Both the position numbers and the translations under genes were made by a program. Under the pieces are notes generated by a model that saw only the letters and a program-made list of their open reading frames with translations, was not told the DNA's origin and did not search any database. From assembly GCA_964413595.1 (NCBI GenBank), contig CAYPSR010000003.1:7950-40191 (forward strand): a stretch of 32,242 nt of DNA. Direction: 5' to 3'. Shown here piece by piece: positions 16,948 to 25,524 of the stretch (positions are counted from its first letter, which is position 1; each line of letters opens with the position of its first letter). The stretch is from an uncultured Candidatus Saccharibacteria bacterium (GTDB lineage Bacteria > Patescibacteriota > UBA1384 > DATEAH01 > CAYPSR01).

Positions 16948-17007
16948 GAGATTTCTCCTCGTTTTATTCGTCGAAATGACAAAATTTTTTACATTCGTCG
17001 AAATGAC
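16948..17007 (-). repeat. Variant of the 28-bp repeat plus a partial tandem copy
   Basis: GTCATTTCGACGAATAAAACGAGGAGAAATCTC, with a second ATTCGTCGAAATGAC 27 nt away. Confidence 0.7.
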
Positions 17008-17011
17008 TGTA

Positions 17012-17698
17012 TCATCTGTTTTGTATTTTGGCAATTGACATTATAAAAATCCATTTTATTGCATATAAAATTGCCACTACTATTAAAAATATTATCAATA
17101 GATTTACTGCCCATATTAAAGATGGCAAAATCATTAAAAAGTATGTTTGGGTAAATGTTACCCAGAAATACAAGAAAATCATGATTATCAGAAATAAAAT
17201 TAATCCTGCCCATGAAAGGCTTAGGTCTTGCTTGGAAGGTGCCATTGATGCCGCGATTGATAAAGATAAATATAGATACAAATATGTTAGCCATGAACTA
17301 TAGTTTAAAGACAAGAATATGTTTTTAATCTCTTTAAAAGATATAATTCCTTCTTGGCTAGCGAGTAAGTGGATATTAAATACTTTGTTTATTAAAAGCA
17401 AAACTGCGACTCCCACAATTATTGGCGCAAGTCCTATAATAATATTTGTAAAATTTGCTAGTTTTGGTTGAGAGTATTTAACTGATCCGCCCTTAGCATC
17501 AAAAATACGAAATTCTATAATTTTTCCACCAAAAATGAATGCAGTTAAAGCGTGCGCAGATTCATGGAGAAATATTCCAGGAGCTACAAAATATCTAAAT
17601 GCTTTCTCAGAAAAAACATAGGACAAAAAATATTCTACTGTAAATCCAAGCAGAAAGATTAAAAGAAATAAAAATATAAAATAATATATCGGAGACAT
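17012..17698 (-). CDS. M50B-like membrane zinc metallopeptidase
   Basis: PGIFLHESAH (HExxH), GGSV, IGLAP, MAPSKQD; multiple TM helices. Confidence 0.8.
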   Translation of the reverse strand: MSPIYYFIFLFLLIFLLGFTVEYFLSYVFSEKAFRYFVAPGIFLHESAHALTAFIFGGKIIEFRIFDAKGGSVKYSQPKLANFTNIIIGLAPIIVGVAVLLLINKVFNIHLLASQEGIISFKEIKNIFLSLNYSSWLTYLYLYLSLSIAASMAPSKQDLSLSWAGLILFLIIMIFLYFWVTFTQTYFLMILPSLIWAVNLLIIFLIVVAILYAIKWIFIMSIAKIQNR

Positions 17699-17844
17699 AA
17701 GTATTTAATGAAGTAATTTATAGTGTGGTAATTTTCAATGTTAATACAATAAAAATTGAAGTAATAAAAATTAAGAAATTTGATTTATGTTAGATTCTAT
17801 GCTTAAATCTATAATAGCAAGAAAAAGCTTAAGAATAAAGAATT

Positions 17845-18444
17845 ATGAAAAAAGAAACTGAACAACCTGTTCTTGGTTCTCAGAAAAAAGAAAGAAAAAA
17901 GTTGGTTTGGTATCCTAACAGAAGGAGACTTAGTCAAAACGAAAGAGAGAAATTTTTATTTTATCAAAAGCCGATTATTCAGATCTTTTTAGCTTTTTGT
18001 CCAATTTTGGATGAAGATTGTTTTATGGAATATTATACGTTTGGTAGAATATTTTTACCGGGTCGAGCTAGCGTTCCAGAATTTATGCAAGTAAATGGGC
18101 CTACTGGCAATTTAATAAAAGCAGAAGAAGACACTGATAATTTTAGAGGTTTTGAGGAAACACATAGCTATTGGTATGAGTTATATATTCGGGAAGAATT
18201 TAAGTCTGGATTTGGTAGAATATCTTTTGCGGAACAAAAAATGATTGAATACGCTCAAACACAATTCAGAAATTATGGAGTTGAATTATATCATCGATAT
18301 GGATATAAAATGCATCCGCTTGATTTTTTTACTTATCATTATCGTCCAAGTCAGTATCCAGAAGATCGTCCTACCCTTGAAGGATGTGATAATTCCCAGA
18401 CTGAATATTTATCAGCACTTAGGGGCAAAAAAACTAACATTTAA
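17845..18444 (+). CDS. Hypothetical protein
   Basis: 199-aa ORF in AT-rich context; no motif recognised. Confidence 0.7.
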   Translation: MKKETEQPVLGSQKKERKKLVWYPNRRRLSQNEREKFLFYQKPIIQIFLAFCPILDEDCFMEYYTFGRIFLPGRASVPEFMQVNGPTGNLIKAEEDTDNFRGFEETHSYWYELYIREEFKSGFGRISFAEQKMIEYAQTQFRNYGVELYHRYGYKMHPLDFFTYHYRPSQYPEDRPTLEGCDNSQTEYLSALRGKKTNI

Positions 18445-18592
18445 CTCTGAAAACTATTCCAAATAATTTTAGAACTTATATGTGTCAAAATTTTTAACTA
18501 TGCAGTTATATTTGCGACCGCTTTTTTAACGTCATACTTGGTTTTAAATATTAAATTTTGAGATCTGAGATCTAGATTTTAAGAAGACACAT

Positions 18593-18877
18593 TTACATTA
18601 CCTTTTGAATTGATTTAAAAATTATACTTCTAAGTTCTGGAAAGAGATAGAAGGTTTTATCAAGTGTATAATATTTTTTTCTTTTTTTTGTTTCTGTTTT
18701 TAAAAGTCCTAAATCTACTAAACGCTTAATTTCATATTGTACAGTAGACAGGCTATCGCCCATCGCTCGTACAATCTCTCTTTGATAAAATGTTTTTTCA
18801 GCATTTTTAAATAAAAAAGTTAAAAGCTTGGCTTGGGTTTTTGAGGCAAAAAGTTGTTCTAAAATTTCATCAGTCAT
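18593..18877 (-). CDS. Winged-HTH (ArsR/MarR-like) protein
   Basis: LF.SKT..KLL..LF...FYQREI.R....SLSTVQYEI.RL..LGLL...KKYY pattern. Confidence 0.8.
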   Translation of the reverse strand: MTDEILEQLFASKTQAKLLTFLFKNAEKTFYQREIVRAMGDSLSTVQYEIKRLVDLGLLKTETKKRKKYYTLDKTFYLFPELRSIIFKSIQKVM

Positions 18878-18947
18878 CTTAAATAGTTTAAAAGGAATAT
18901 TAAGTTAACGGATATTAATAAGTAATTGGAAAATTAGAATATAAAAA

Positions 18948-20273
18948 TTAATTTAAATTATATCTAATATTTACCTTGCTTATATTAGTATAAACAACAT
19001 TAGTAGTAGGGCTCCGAGTCTCATCAACAACCACAATAGTTCCGTTTAGCAAGATCTTTAGTCCCTTTATTTTTCTAAATGCAAGATTAGTATTAAATCC
19101 TTCAAAAAACAAATATTCTGATCCAGTGCCTTTTACATTTGCAGAATAGACTATTTCGTTTCTCGCATTAAATTGGACATTACTTACAGATGTAATGGTT
19201 TGAGACTGTTGATCAATTATTTTACCATTTCTAATAATTATATTTGATCCATTTATATCAGAAAGAACAAAAACCGGATCGTCATTTAAGTCAAATGATA
19301 TTTTTGTAATTTTGTAACCTTCTGGAACTTGAATGTCAAAAGGAAAATTATCTGGAGAAATTTGGGATGGATCTTCTGGGATAAAGATTGGTTTATCGTC
19401 TGGCATAGTTCCAACATATTTTTGACCTTCTGGAATCTCAAAGCACTGATCTTTAATAATTACCACATCTTTATCTTGGTCTTTAATTGCTGATTTATAA
19501 TGAGAAATAAAGACCAAATCACCTTTTTTTGTTTTATCAGCCGGGGCTGGAGACTCGAGATCTCCAAGATATTTGCCGTTATAAAGATAAGAATATCTTT
19601 TTTCATTTGTCGCCACGATCCCTAGTTGATTATTGCTTCCATAAAATAACTGCACAGCTTTAATAGGTTTATTACCCAGTGAGAGTGGCACTGATTTTTT
19701 GGATTCAAATATTGTGTTTCCTGCCTGATAAGCTCGTTGATCGTCTTTTCCTATCGCAAATATTCCTGTAAATCCAAGATGAGAAATTGGAATTTTACCC
19801 TTTTGACCTGCAATATATAGATTCAATCCCGCGAATCCGTATTTAGAATAATAAATTGCACCAGAGTCTGAGATTTGAAAGTCATTTACATCTGTTAATT
19901 CTTGTGAAGTTTCATTAATAATTAACTCATCTCCCCTTTTTACATGTTCTTTTTCAACACGATATTTTAATAATTCCCTTTCTTTTCTTGCCAATTCTTG
20001 TAAATTTTGTTTTCTTTCTTGTTCGGCTTGTTGGATAATAGGATAATCAACCCACCAGCCTTCTTCGTAGGCCTGTTGATACATTCGTTCTAACTCCAAA
20101 ATAGCAGTTTGGGCATCGGAGGTATGAAGTTTTAGGATAGCCCCAATCTTCGTGTTATAACCCGTGTCAAGTGAATATGCGGGCTGATGAAATGCATCTC
20201 TTGTTGCTTCGTCGACCTTTTTCATTTGATCTTTAAATTGCTCCCAGTTTGCCCCTTGAGGTTCTTTTTCCAT
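18948..20273 (-). CDS. Hypothetical protein (helical N-terminus, beta-strand repeat / propeller-like C-terminus)
   Basis: 441-aa ORF with AGGAG RBS; recurring short strand-turn units (FQISDSGAIYY, SFDLNDDPVFV, QFNARNEIVY). Confidence 0.75.
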   Translation of the reverse strand: MEKEPQGANWEQFKDQMKKVDEATRDAFHQPAYSLDTGYNTKIGAILKLHTSDAQTAILELERMYQQAYEEGWWVDYPIIQQAEQERKQNLQELARKERELLKYRVEKEHVKRGDELIINETSQELTDVNDFQISDSGAIYYSKYGFAGLNLYIAGQKGKIPISHLGFTGIFAIGKDDQRAYQAGNTIFESKKSVPLSLGNKPIKAVQLFYGSNNQLGIVATNEKRYSYLYNGKYLGDLESPAPADKTKKGDLVFISHYKSAIKDQDKDVVIIKDQCFEIPEGQKYVGTMPDDKPIFIPEDPSQISPDNFPFDIQVPEGYKITKISFDLNDDPVFVLSDINGSNIIIRNGKIIDQQSQTITSVSNVQFNARNEIVYSANVKGTGSEYLFFEGFNTNLAFRKIKGLKILLNGTIVVVDETRSPTTNVVYTNISKVNIRYNLN

Positions 20274-20348
20274 GGTTTCTCCTATAAAATTAATATTTAT
20301 AAATATTTGAAATTTATAAATTGGGCTTTGATTAGTGGTTTGGATTTA

Positions 20349-20723
20349 TTATTTAGAATTTTCTCTCAAGTTATATTCTAAAAACTCAACTTTCCCCTCT
20401 TCTACTAAATTCTTAATATGTTTTTGTTTTTGAGATAATTTTGAATCCGCAGTTTTAAATTCTACCAAAACGACCTTATTTTCTTCAAACTGTACTCCGT
20501 CAACTGGTGTTCCAATAAATCTAAATTTTGAACTGTCATATGGATAATTTTCTAAAAATGGTAGAAATTGTTCAGATAACTTTCCGTATCTAACGCTTTG
20601 GCTGATTTTACTATTATTCAAAACGAGGTAGTCACCCTTTATCTTTTTAATCCACCTAATTAAAATCCATATTACTAAAAGTAATATAATAATAGCAGTA
20701 ATTAGATAATAGGTCAAGCTCAT
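20349..20723 (-). CDS. Membrane-anchored Holliday-junction-resolvase-like PD-(D/E)xK endonuclease
   Basis: GKLSEQFLPFL, RFIGTPVDGVQF, VEFKT, LSQKQK..K..VEEGKV; N-terminal TM. Confidence 0.85.
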   Translation of the reverse strand: MSLTYYLITAIIILLLVIWILIRWIKKIKGDYLVLNNSKISQSVRYGKLSEQFLPFLENYPYDSSKFRFIGTPVDGVQFEENKVVLVEFKTADSKLSQKQKHIKNLVEEGKVEFLEYNLRENSK

Positions 20724-20821
20724 AGTTAAATATTTAATTTGTTAATTAGTTAAATAGTTGAAAATAAAAAATATTAACGTAAATCTGTGATATCAATAAT
20801 ATCTGCAATAATCTGCGTTTT

Positions 20822-21079
20822 TTAAACTAAAAAAACTTCGTCGTGTTCTCGGGCGTGATCATCAACCTTGATTCCAATCGCGTCTCCTTTTTTTGCGCTT
20901 TCAACGCTGTCTTTGTCAATCTGCATTGAATCTACTTTTTGAGTAAAATCAGTTGTGTGGCCTTTGATGTGGATAGTGTCTCCTGCTTTCAAGGCTCCAG
21001 TTAGTTCAATAGCAGCGACCTTGATTTCGGTATAGTAATGAACTACTTTACCGATAAGTTTTTCTTTTGCTTCTGCCAT
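20822..21079 (-). CDS. Translation elongation factor-like beta-barrel protein (U32 peptidase C-terminal-like)
   Basis: IGKVVHYY..I.VA.IEL...LK.GDTIHIKGHTTDFTQ.V.SMQID; GGAGG RBS. Confidence 0.85.
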   Translation of the reverse strand: MAEAKEKLIGKVVHYYTEIKVAAIELTGALKAGDTIHIKGHTTDFTQKVDSMQIDKDSVESAKKGDAIGIKVDDHAREHDEVFLV

Positions 21080-21102
21080 TTTTTACCTCCATTAGTATTA
21101 TT

Positions 21103-21522
21103 TCATAATTTTAACAACTTTAATCCAATTTTATTTGAAAACTTACGTGTAATATCTGAATTAAATTCTGTAAAATAAATTTCTAGCGTTGCTGCAACTA
21201 TTGCTGAATTTAGATGTCCGCCAATAAGATTAAAATCAGAATCAGACAGGTTTGCATGCGCGTGGATTGTTAAATCATCATTAAATTTTGAAAGGTTTCC
21301 GATGAGACATGTTACTTCCATTGGTTTATTAAAGTCTTTATCAAAATATTCTTTTTTATCCAGCTTATAAAATCCTAAATTTGCTTGGGAAACAGCTCCA
21401 ATGCCCCAAAAAAATCCAGATTTAATATTGTTTTTATTTGCAAAATCTAAAAGAGACTTTATTATTTCTTCCCCTTTTTCTAATCGTATCAACCAGCCAG
21501 TTTTTATTTTTAATATTCTCAT
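21103..21522 (-). CDS. PPC-domain (DUF296) protein
   Basis: RLEKGEEI, GIGA, E...L.GN, HAH..LSD, GGHL. Confidence 0.92.
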   Translation of the reverse strand: MRILKIKTGWLIRLEKGEEIIKSLLDFANKNNIKSGFFWGIGAVSQANLGFYKLDKKEYFDKDFNKPMEVTCLIGNLSKFNDDLTIHAHANLSDSDFNLIGGHLNSAIVAATLEIYFTEFNSDITRKFSNKIGLKLLKL

Positions 21523-21525
21523 AAA

Positions 21526-21684
21526 TTATTTTTTAAAATAAAGCGAATAAATTGCAAGTACAGCAGCGATTATCATCCATTGTGTTGATGCAAGCCAAAT
21601 GTCTTGACCAGCCGCTCCAATTATTGCTAAAATAATAGCGATAATTGATAGGATTAATACTACATAAGATGCTTTTTTTTCCAT
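21526..21684 (-). CDS. Small two-TM membrane protein (52 aa, not in ORF track)
   Basis: MEKKASYVVLILSIIAIILAIIGAAGQDIWLASTQWMIIAAVLAIYSLYFKK*; GAGGAGG RBS; the stop is 3 nt from the next start. Confidence 0.85.
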   Translation of the reverse strand: MEKKASYVVLILSIIAIILAIIGAAGQDIWLASTQWMIIAAVLAIYSLYFKK

Positions 21685-21753
21685 ATAACCTCCTCTGCCC
21701 CGAGTTTGTCGAGGGATTTATTAATATTTACCTTGTCAAAAAAATAACTAGAT

Positions 21754-22176
21754 TTAATACTTTAATGTTGCTTTTTGAAACTGTGATAGATTTTGGTTGG
21801 AATTAAAGTAAGTTTCTTGATTGTAAGTTTGCTTTTTACCATTTATTATTATGATTGTGGTCTGAGTTGCTTTGTATGTTTTTATTTCTGGTTGAGATTG
21901 CGAGGTTGGTGTTCCAGTTGGGGCTAGATATTGAATATTTTTTACTGGTTGAGACTGAGGTTGTGGATTTGTGGTTGTTTTTTCACTGACTGTTTTATCG
22001 TTTGTGGTTTTTGGCGTTGGCAGGTTTTCTAAATTATTTTGATCAGTCTTCTCTTCGTTTTGATTATTGAAAACTTTAAGATCAAAATAACCTTTTTTGC
22101 CGTAATTAAAACTGATGAAAGCAATAATTCCAACAATAATTATGAGAGCAATAACAGTAATAATTAAATTCCTCAT
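21754..22176 (-). CDS. Hypothetical membrane-anchored T/Q/P-rich protein
   Basis: N-terminal TM; AGGAG RBS. Confidence 0.8.
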   Translation of the reverse strand: MRNLIITVIALIIIVGIIAFISFNYGKKGYFDLKVFNNQNEEKTDQNNLENLPTPKTTNDKTVSEKTTTNPQPQSQPVKNIQYLAPTGTPTSQSQPEIKTYKATQTTIIIINGKKQTYNQETYFNSNQNLSQFQKATLKY

Positions 22177-22274
22177 ACCTAAACTCCTTTTTATCCCCTC
22201 CTGTTTTTACTAAATATATAGTTTACTTTAATTTTGATTTTTGATTTATTATTTTTGATTTTGAGCGAAGCGAA

Positions 22275-22472
22275 TCATATTTTACCTATAGCTTTTAAAA
22301 ACACTACAATGGCAACGGATATTAAGAAGGTTGTTAAAATTGGAAATCTAATAGTAATCTCATTTTTTAAAAACATAGTATCTTTGGGTAAAATTGGAAG
22401 AGCTTTAAAAATACTATATAAAATAGCTACAATAATAAATACAACAATAGTGATATAAATAAAACGTATCAT
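22275..22472 (-). CDS. Small membrane protein, DUF2905-like
   Basis: Two TM segments flanking LPKD...IRFPILTTFLIS, resembling the LPGD...FPI.T pattern. Confidence 0.6.
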   Translation of the reverse strand: MIRFIYITIVVFIIVAILYSIFKALPILPKDTMFLKNEITIRFPILTTFLISVAIVVFLKAIGKI

Positions 22473-22522
22473 ATTAATACCATTTAATCAGAAACTTGAT
22501 TTTTTGTCAAAAAAAAGACCTC

Positions 22523-22578
22523 TTGACAAGGGTTTTTATATATCTTAAACTGGAATTAGTGTATAACAATCTGTATAA
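22523..22578 (+). promoter_or_regulatory. lexA promoter and candidate operator
   Basis: TTGACA-17bp-TAAACT (22523-22551), followed by direct repeat TGTATAA-N5-TGTATAA (22560-22578). Confidence 0.65.
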
Positions 22579-22667
22579 GTTTAATATTACTTATGGGTTC
22601 GGAGCAGTCCCTCCTCTCCGAACTCCTAAAGAACATTAAACTTCAAGATCTAAATAAAGGAGGATCT

Positions 22668-23282
22668 TTGAAAAAGCTAAATTCAAAACAGAAAAGAATT
22701 TTAGAATTAATCGTTAATTCTTTAGAAAACATGGGAGAATCTCCTACTGTTCGCGAACTCATGGAAGACATAGGTGCTAAATCGCCGAGAACTATTTCTC
22801 ATCACCTAGAACAACTTGAAAAAATGGGGTATCTTTTGAGAACTGGTGATGCAAAAAGAAATATTATTATTACCGGTAAATTCCAAAATCCTTTGAAGAA
22901 TATTATGAAAGTTCCTTTGGTTGGTTGGACAGCCGGAGGAAGCGCAATTTTTGCTGATGAAAATATTTTAGACTGGATTCCGGTCTCTGCTCGCTTTTTT
23001 AAACTCCCAACAGACGAAATATTCCTTTTAAAAGTTAAAGGAAACTCTATGTCGCCAAATATTGAGGATGGTGATGTTGTAATAGTTAAAAAACAATATG
23101 CCGCTGATACTGGCGATACAGTTGTTGCACTACTTGAGGATGGCACAACAGTAAAAAAATATCTTCCGAGAGAAGATCATATAGTTTTACAGCCTACTAA
23201 TCCAGAGCATGAACCGATTGTTTGTTTTCCTGATGAATTAAGAATCCAGGGAATTGTAAAAGGGGTTTTAAAATATTACTAA
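22668..23282 (+). CDS. lexA: LexA repressor
   Basis: wHTH (SPTVREL...HLEQLEKMGYL), Ala-Gly cleavage site (TAG), catalytic Ser (GNSM) and Lys (TVKK). TTG at 22668 follows AGGAGG and matches the usual LexA N-terminus better than ATG 22593. Confidence 0.93.
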   Translation: MKKLNSKQKRILELIVNSLENMGESPTVRELMEDIGAKSPRTISHHLEQLEKMGYLLRTGDAKRNIIITGKFQNPLKNIMKVPLVGWTAGGSAIFADENILDWIPVSARFFKLPTDEIFLLKVKGNSMSPNIEDGDVVIVKKQYAADTGDTVVALLEDGTTVKKYLPREDHIVLQPTNPEHEPIVCFPDELRIQGIVKGVLKYY

Positions 23283-23327
23283 GTTTATCAAGTTCATATA
23301 GTAAAAAGTATATAAAGTTAATTGATT

Positions 23328-23741
23328 ATGTCAGATCCAAGACCAAAAGTTTTACAAAAATATATGTTTGATTTTAATTGGGACGATAAAAAGGTTTGGA
23401 AACTTCCAATTAAATCTGAAAAAATGCAGGTAAAAAAATTGCTTTGGCATTTAGATTTGCCAGTTTGGGAGAAAGAAAATACAGATGACTGGAATTTAAC
23501 CCCAAAGGAAGTTTTAAAAAATCCTCGAGAAGAACCTAATCATTCTAAAAAAATCAAAAATTCAAATCTAAAATATCCGATTGATATTATGATGAATAAT
23601 GGGAGATATACACTTTCGGACGGATACCATCGCCTGGCAAAAGCTTATAAATTAGGACTAAAAACAGTTGAAGTAAGAAAAATACCTAGAGAATTTATTC
23701 CTAAAATAAAAACTTATTTATGGAAAGATTATAAGAAATAA
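23328..23741 (+). CDS. ParB/Srx N-terminal-like domain protein
   Basis: LKYPIDI......LSDGYHRLAKA..LG...V.V motif. Confidence 0.75.
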   Translation: MSDPRPKVLQKYMFDFNWDDKKVWKLPIKSEKMQVKKLLWHLDLPVWEKENTDDWNLTPKEVLKNPREEPNHSKKIKNSNLKYPIDIMMNNGRYTLSDGYHRLAKAYKLGLKTVEVRKIPREFIPKIKTYLWKDYKK

Positions 23742-23797
23742 TTTTATTGTTTGAGTGAATGGAATGAGTCGAAAATTATACCCTTTTTTATTCATGT

Positions 23798-24373
23798 TTA
23801 TTCATAAGTTATAATGGCTTGGTCGATATCATAATCTTTGATTTTTCCTTCGATTGCTAATTGTTTCAATCTTGGGTCGGTATTAATTGCATAATCCATT
23901 AAAAATTGTCTTTTTACATCAGGATTAGTAATATCTAGTTCTTTTTCAAAAACGACTTGTAATTCTTCTTCTAGCCCAGTGTCTGGCCTGACAAGATTTA
24001 AAAATATTGTTGCATAACTATCACCAGCATCTTTGTATGGAGTCCACTTGGGATTTTTAAACCAATCTTCTGGAAAAATTTCTTCTTGGCAATCAATCAA
24101 AAATCTTATTTGATCTTTTAAGTATTGTCTCTCTTGATTTTTAATAATCACATAATTTTGGTTTCTAATTATTGGATAAAGATATTTTAATTCCATTGAT
24201 AAAAGCGTTAGGCCTGCTAGCAATGCAAGATTAAAAAGCGGATGGTTTAAAACCTCCTGAACTTGTTCGGGAATAGTAACTTCTTGTTCTTGTTGGCTTG
24301 CTCTTTCTTCGCGTTCAACCCTTTGTTGTCTAGAAACTTCTGCTATTCTTTGACTTATCCTATCTCTTATCAT
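23798..24373 (-). CDS. Hypothetical protein
   Basis: 191-aa ORF with ATGA overlap to truB and GAGGAG RBS. Confidence 0.75.
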   Translation of the reverse strand: MIRDRISQRIAEVSRQQRVEREERASQQEQEVTIPEQVQEVLNHPLFNLALLAGLTLLSMELKYLYPIIRNQNYVIIKNQERQYLKDQIRFLIDCQEEIFPEDWFKNPKWTPYKDAGDSYATIFLNLVRPDTGLEEELQVVFEKELDITNPDVKRQFLMDYAINTDPRLKQLAIEGKIKDYDIDQAIITYE

Positions 24374-25044
24374 ATGAACTCCTCTAATTTAATTGCATTT
24401 TTAATATTAAATGTTCCTGATTTTGTTCGGCGGAGATTGAATATGCAAGAATCAATTCCCATTCTTTTTCCTATTTCTTCGCCTATCGAACGAATATATG
24501 TTCCCTTTGAACAGTTAATCTTTATTTTAGCAGTATTTTCATATAAATCAAGTAATTTGATTGAATAAATTTCAAAAACGCGGGTCGGTATATCAGATTC
24601 TTTTATTTTCCCGCTACGAGCAAGGTTGTATAATTTTTTTCCTTTGACTTTTATTGCAGAATAAGCAGGAACTTTTAATTCTACTTTTCCTTTTAAAGAT
24701 TCTATGATTTCTTTTAGTTTTGATTTATGAATTTTATTTTTAATTTTTAATTTTTTATTTTTTATTTCTAGAGGATCAATATCTCCAGTTTTTGTTTTTA
24801 TTCCAAATAAAACGTTAAAAACATATTCTTTGTCTCCGGCCATATATTTGTCAGAATTTTTTGTTTCAGTTCCTATTAAAACAACCAAAAGGCCATTTGC
24901 TAAAGGATCTAATGTTCCGGCATGGCCGACTTTTATTTTTTGTTCAGGATATTTATTTTGTAAATTCTTTTTTATTTTAAAAACAACATCGTGTGATGTC
25001 ATTTTAGATGGTTTGTCAATTAACAAGACTTTCCCGGGTATCAT
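24370..25044 (-). CDS. truB: tRNA pseudouridine(55) synthase
   Basis: IDKP..MTSHDVV, KVGHAGTLDPLA.G, PAYSAIKV.GKKLY.LAR, CSKGTYIRS, LRRT..G.F. Confidence 0.97.
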   Translation of the reverse strand: MIPGKVLLIDKPSKMTSHDVVFKIKKNLQNKYPEQKIKVGHAGTLDPLANGLLVVLIGTETKNSDKYMAGDKEYVFNVLFGIKTKTGDIDPLEIKNKKLKIKNKIHKSKLKEIIESLKGKVELKVPAYSAIKVKGKKLYNLARSGKIKESDIPTRVFEIYSIKLLDLYENTAKIKINCSKGTYIRSIGEEIGKRMGIDSCIFNLRRTKSGTFNIKNAIKLEEFI

Positions 25045-25054
25045 ATAAGTATTA

Positions 25055-25492
25055 TTATTTGAGTTTTTTGATTGGTTTTGCAGGGCTTCCAGCTGCTAAG
25101 TAATTGGCTGGAATATTTTTATTTACAACAGAGTTTGCGCCGATAATAGATTTTTCTCCAATTATAATTCCAGGCAAAACAACACATCCTGTTCCAATCA
25201 TTACATTGTTGCCTATTTTGACTTTTGCCATTTTTTGTTTTTTACCCAGACTAAAAAAGTAAGATTCATCATGTGATGTAATAAAACAACGCGAGGCAAT
25301 ACACCCACCTTCGCCAATTAAAATATTATCTGGATAATTGTGGTCTATTATAACAAAATATCCGATGTAAGTACCTTTTCCAATTTTTACTCCCCTTAGA
25401 ATATGGAAAAAACGTCGCAGACTTGACATTGGCATAAACCATGCAGGAAATAGAAAAAAACGTGAAATAATCTTAATAAATATTCGTTTCAT
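25055..25492 (-). CDS. Hexapeptide-repeat (LbH) acyltransferase
   Basis: GVKIGKGTYIG, VKIGNNVMIG, IGANSVV..NIP....AAGSPAKPI. Confidence 0.92.
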   Translation of the reverse strand: MKRIFIKIISRFFLFPAWFMPMSSLRRFFHILRGVKIGKGTYIGYFVIIDHNYPDNILIGEGGCIASRCFITSHDESYFFSLGKKQKMAKVKIGNNVMIGTGCVVLPGIIIGEKSIIGANSVVNKNIPANYLAAGSPAKPIKKLK

Positions 25493-25524
25493 ATTTTTCT
25501 TTACTATCCCCTGTTTTTGTTGGG

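Noticed and set aside
22593-22667. 25-aa N-terminal extension of LexA from ATG 22593
   Set aside because: No RBS before 22593, whereas AGGAGG precedes TTG 22668 where LexA homology begins; the stretch is better explained as a structured leader.
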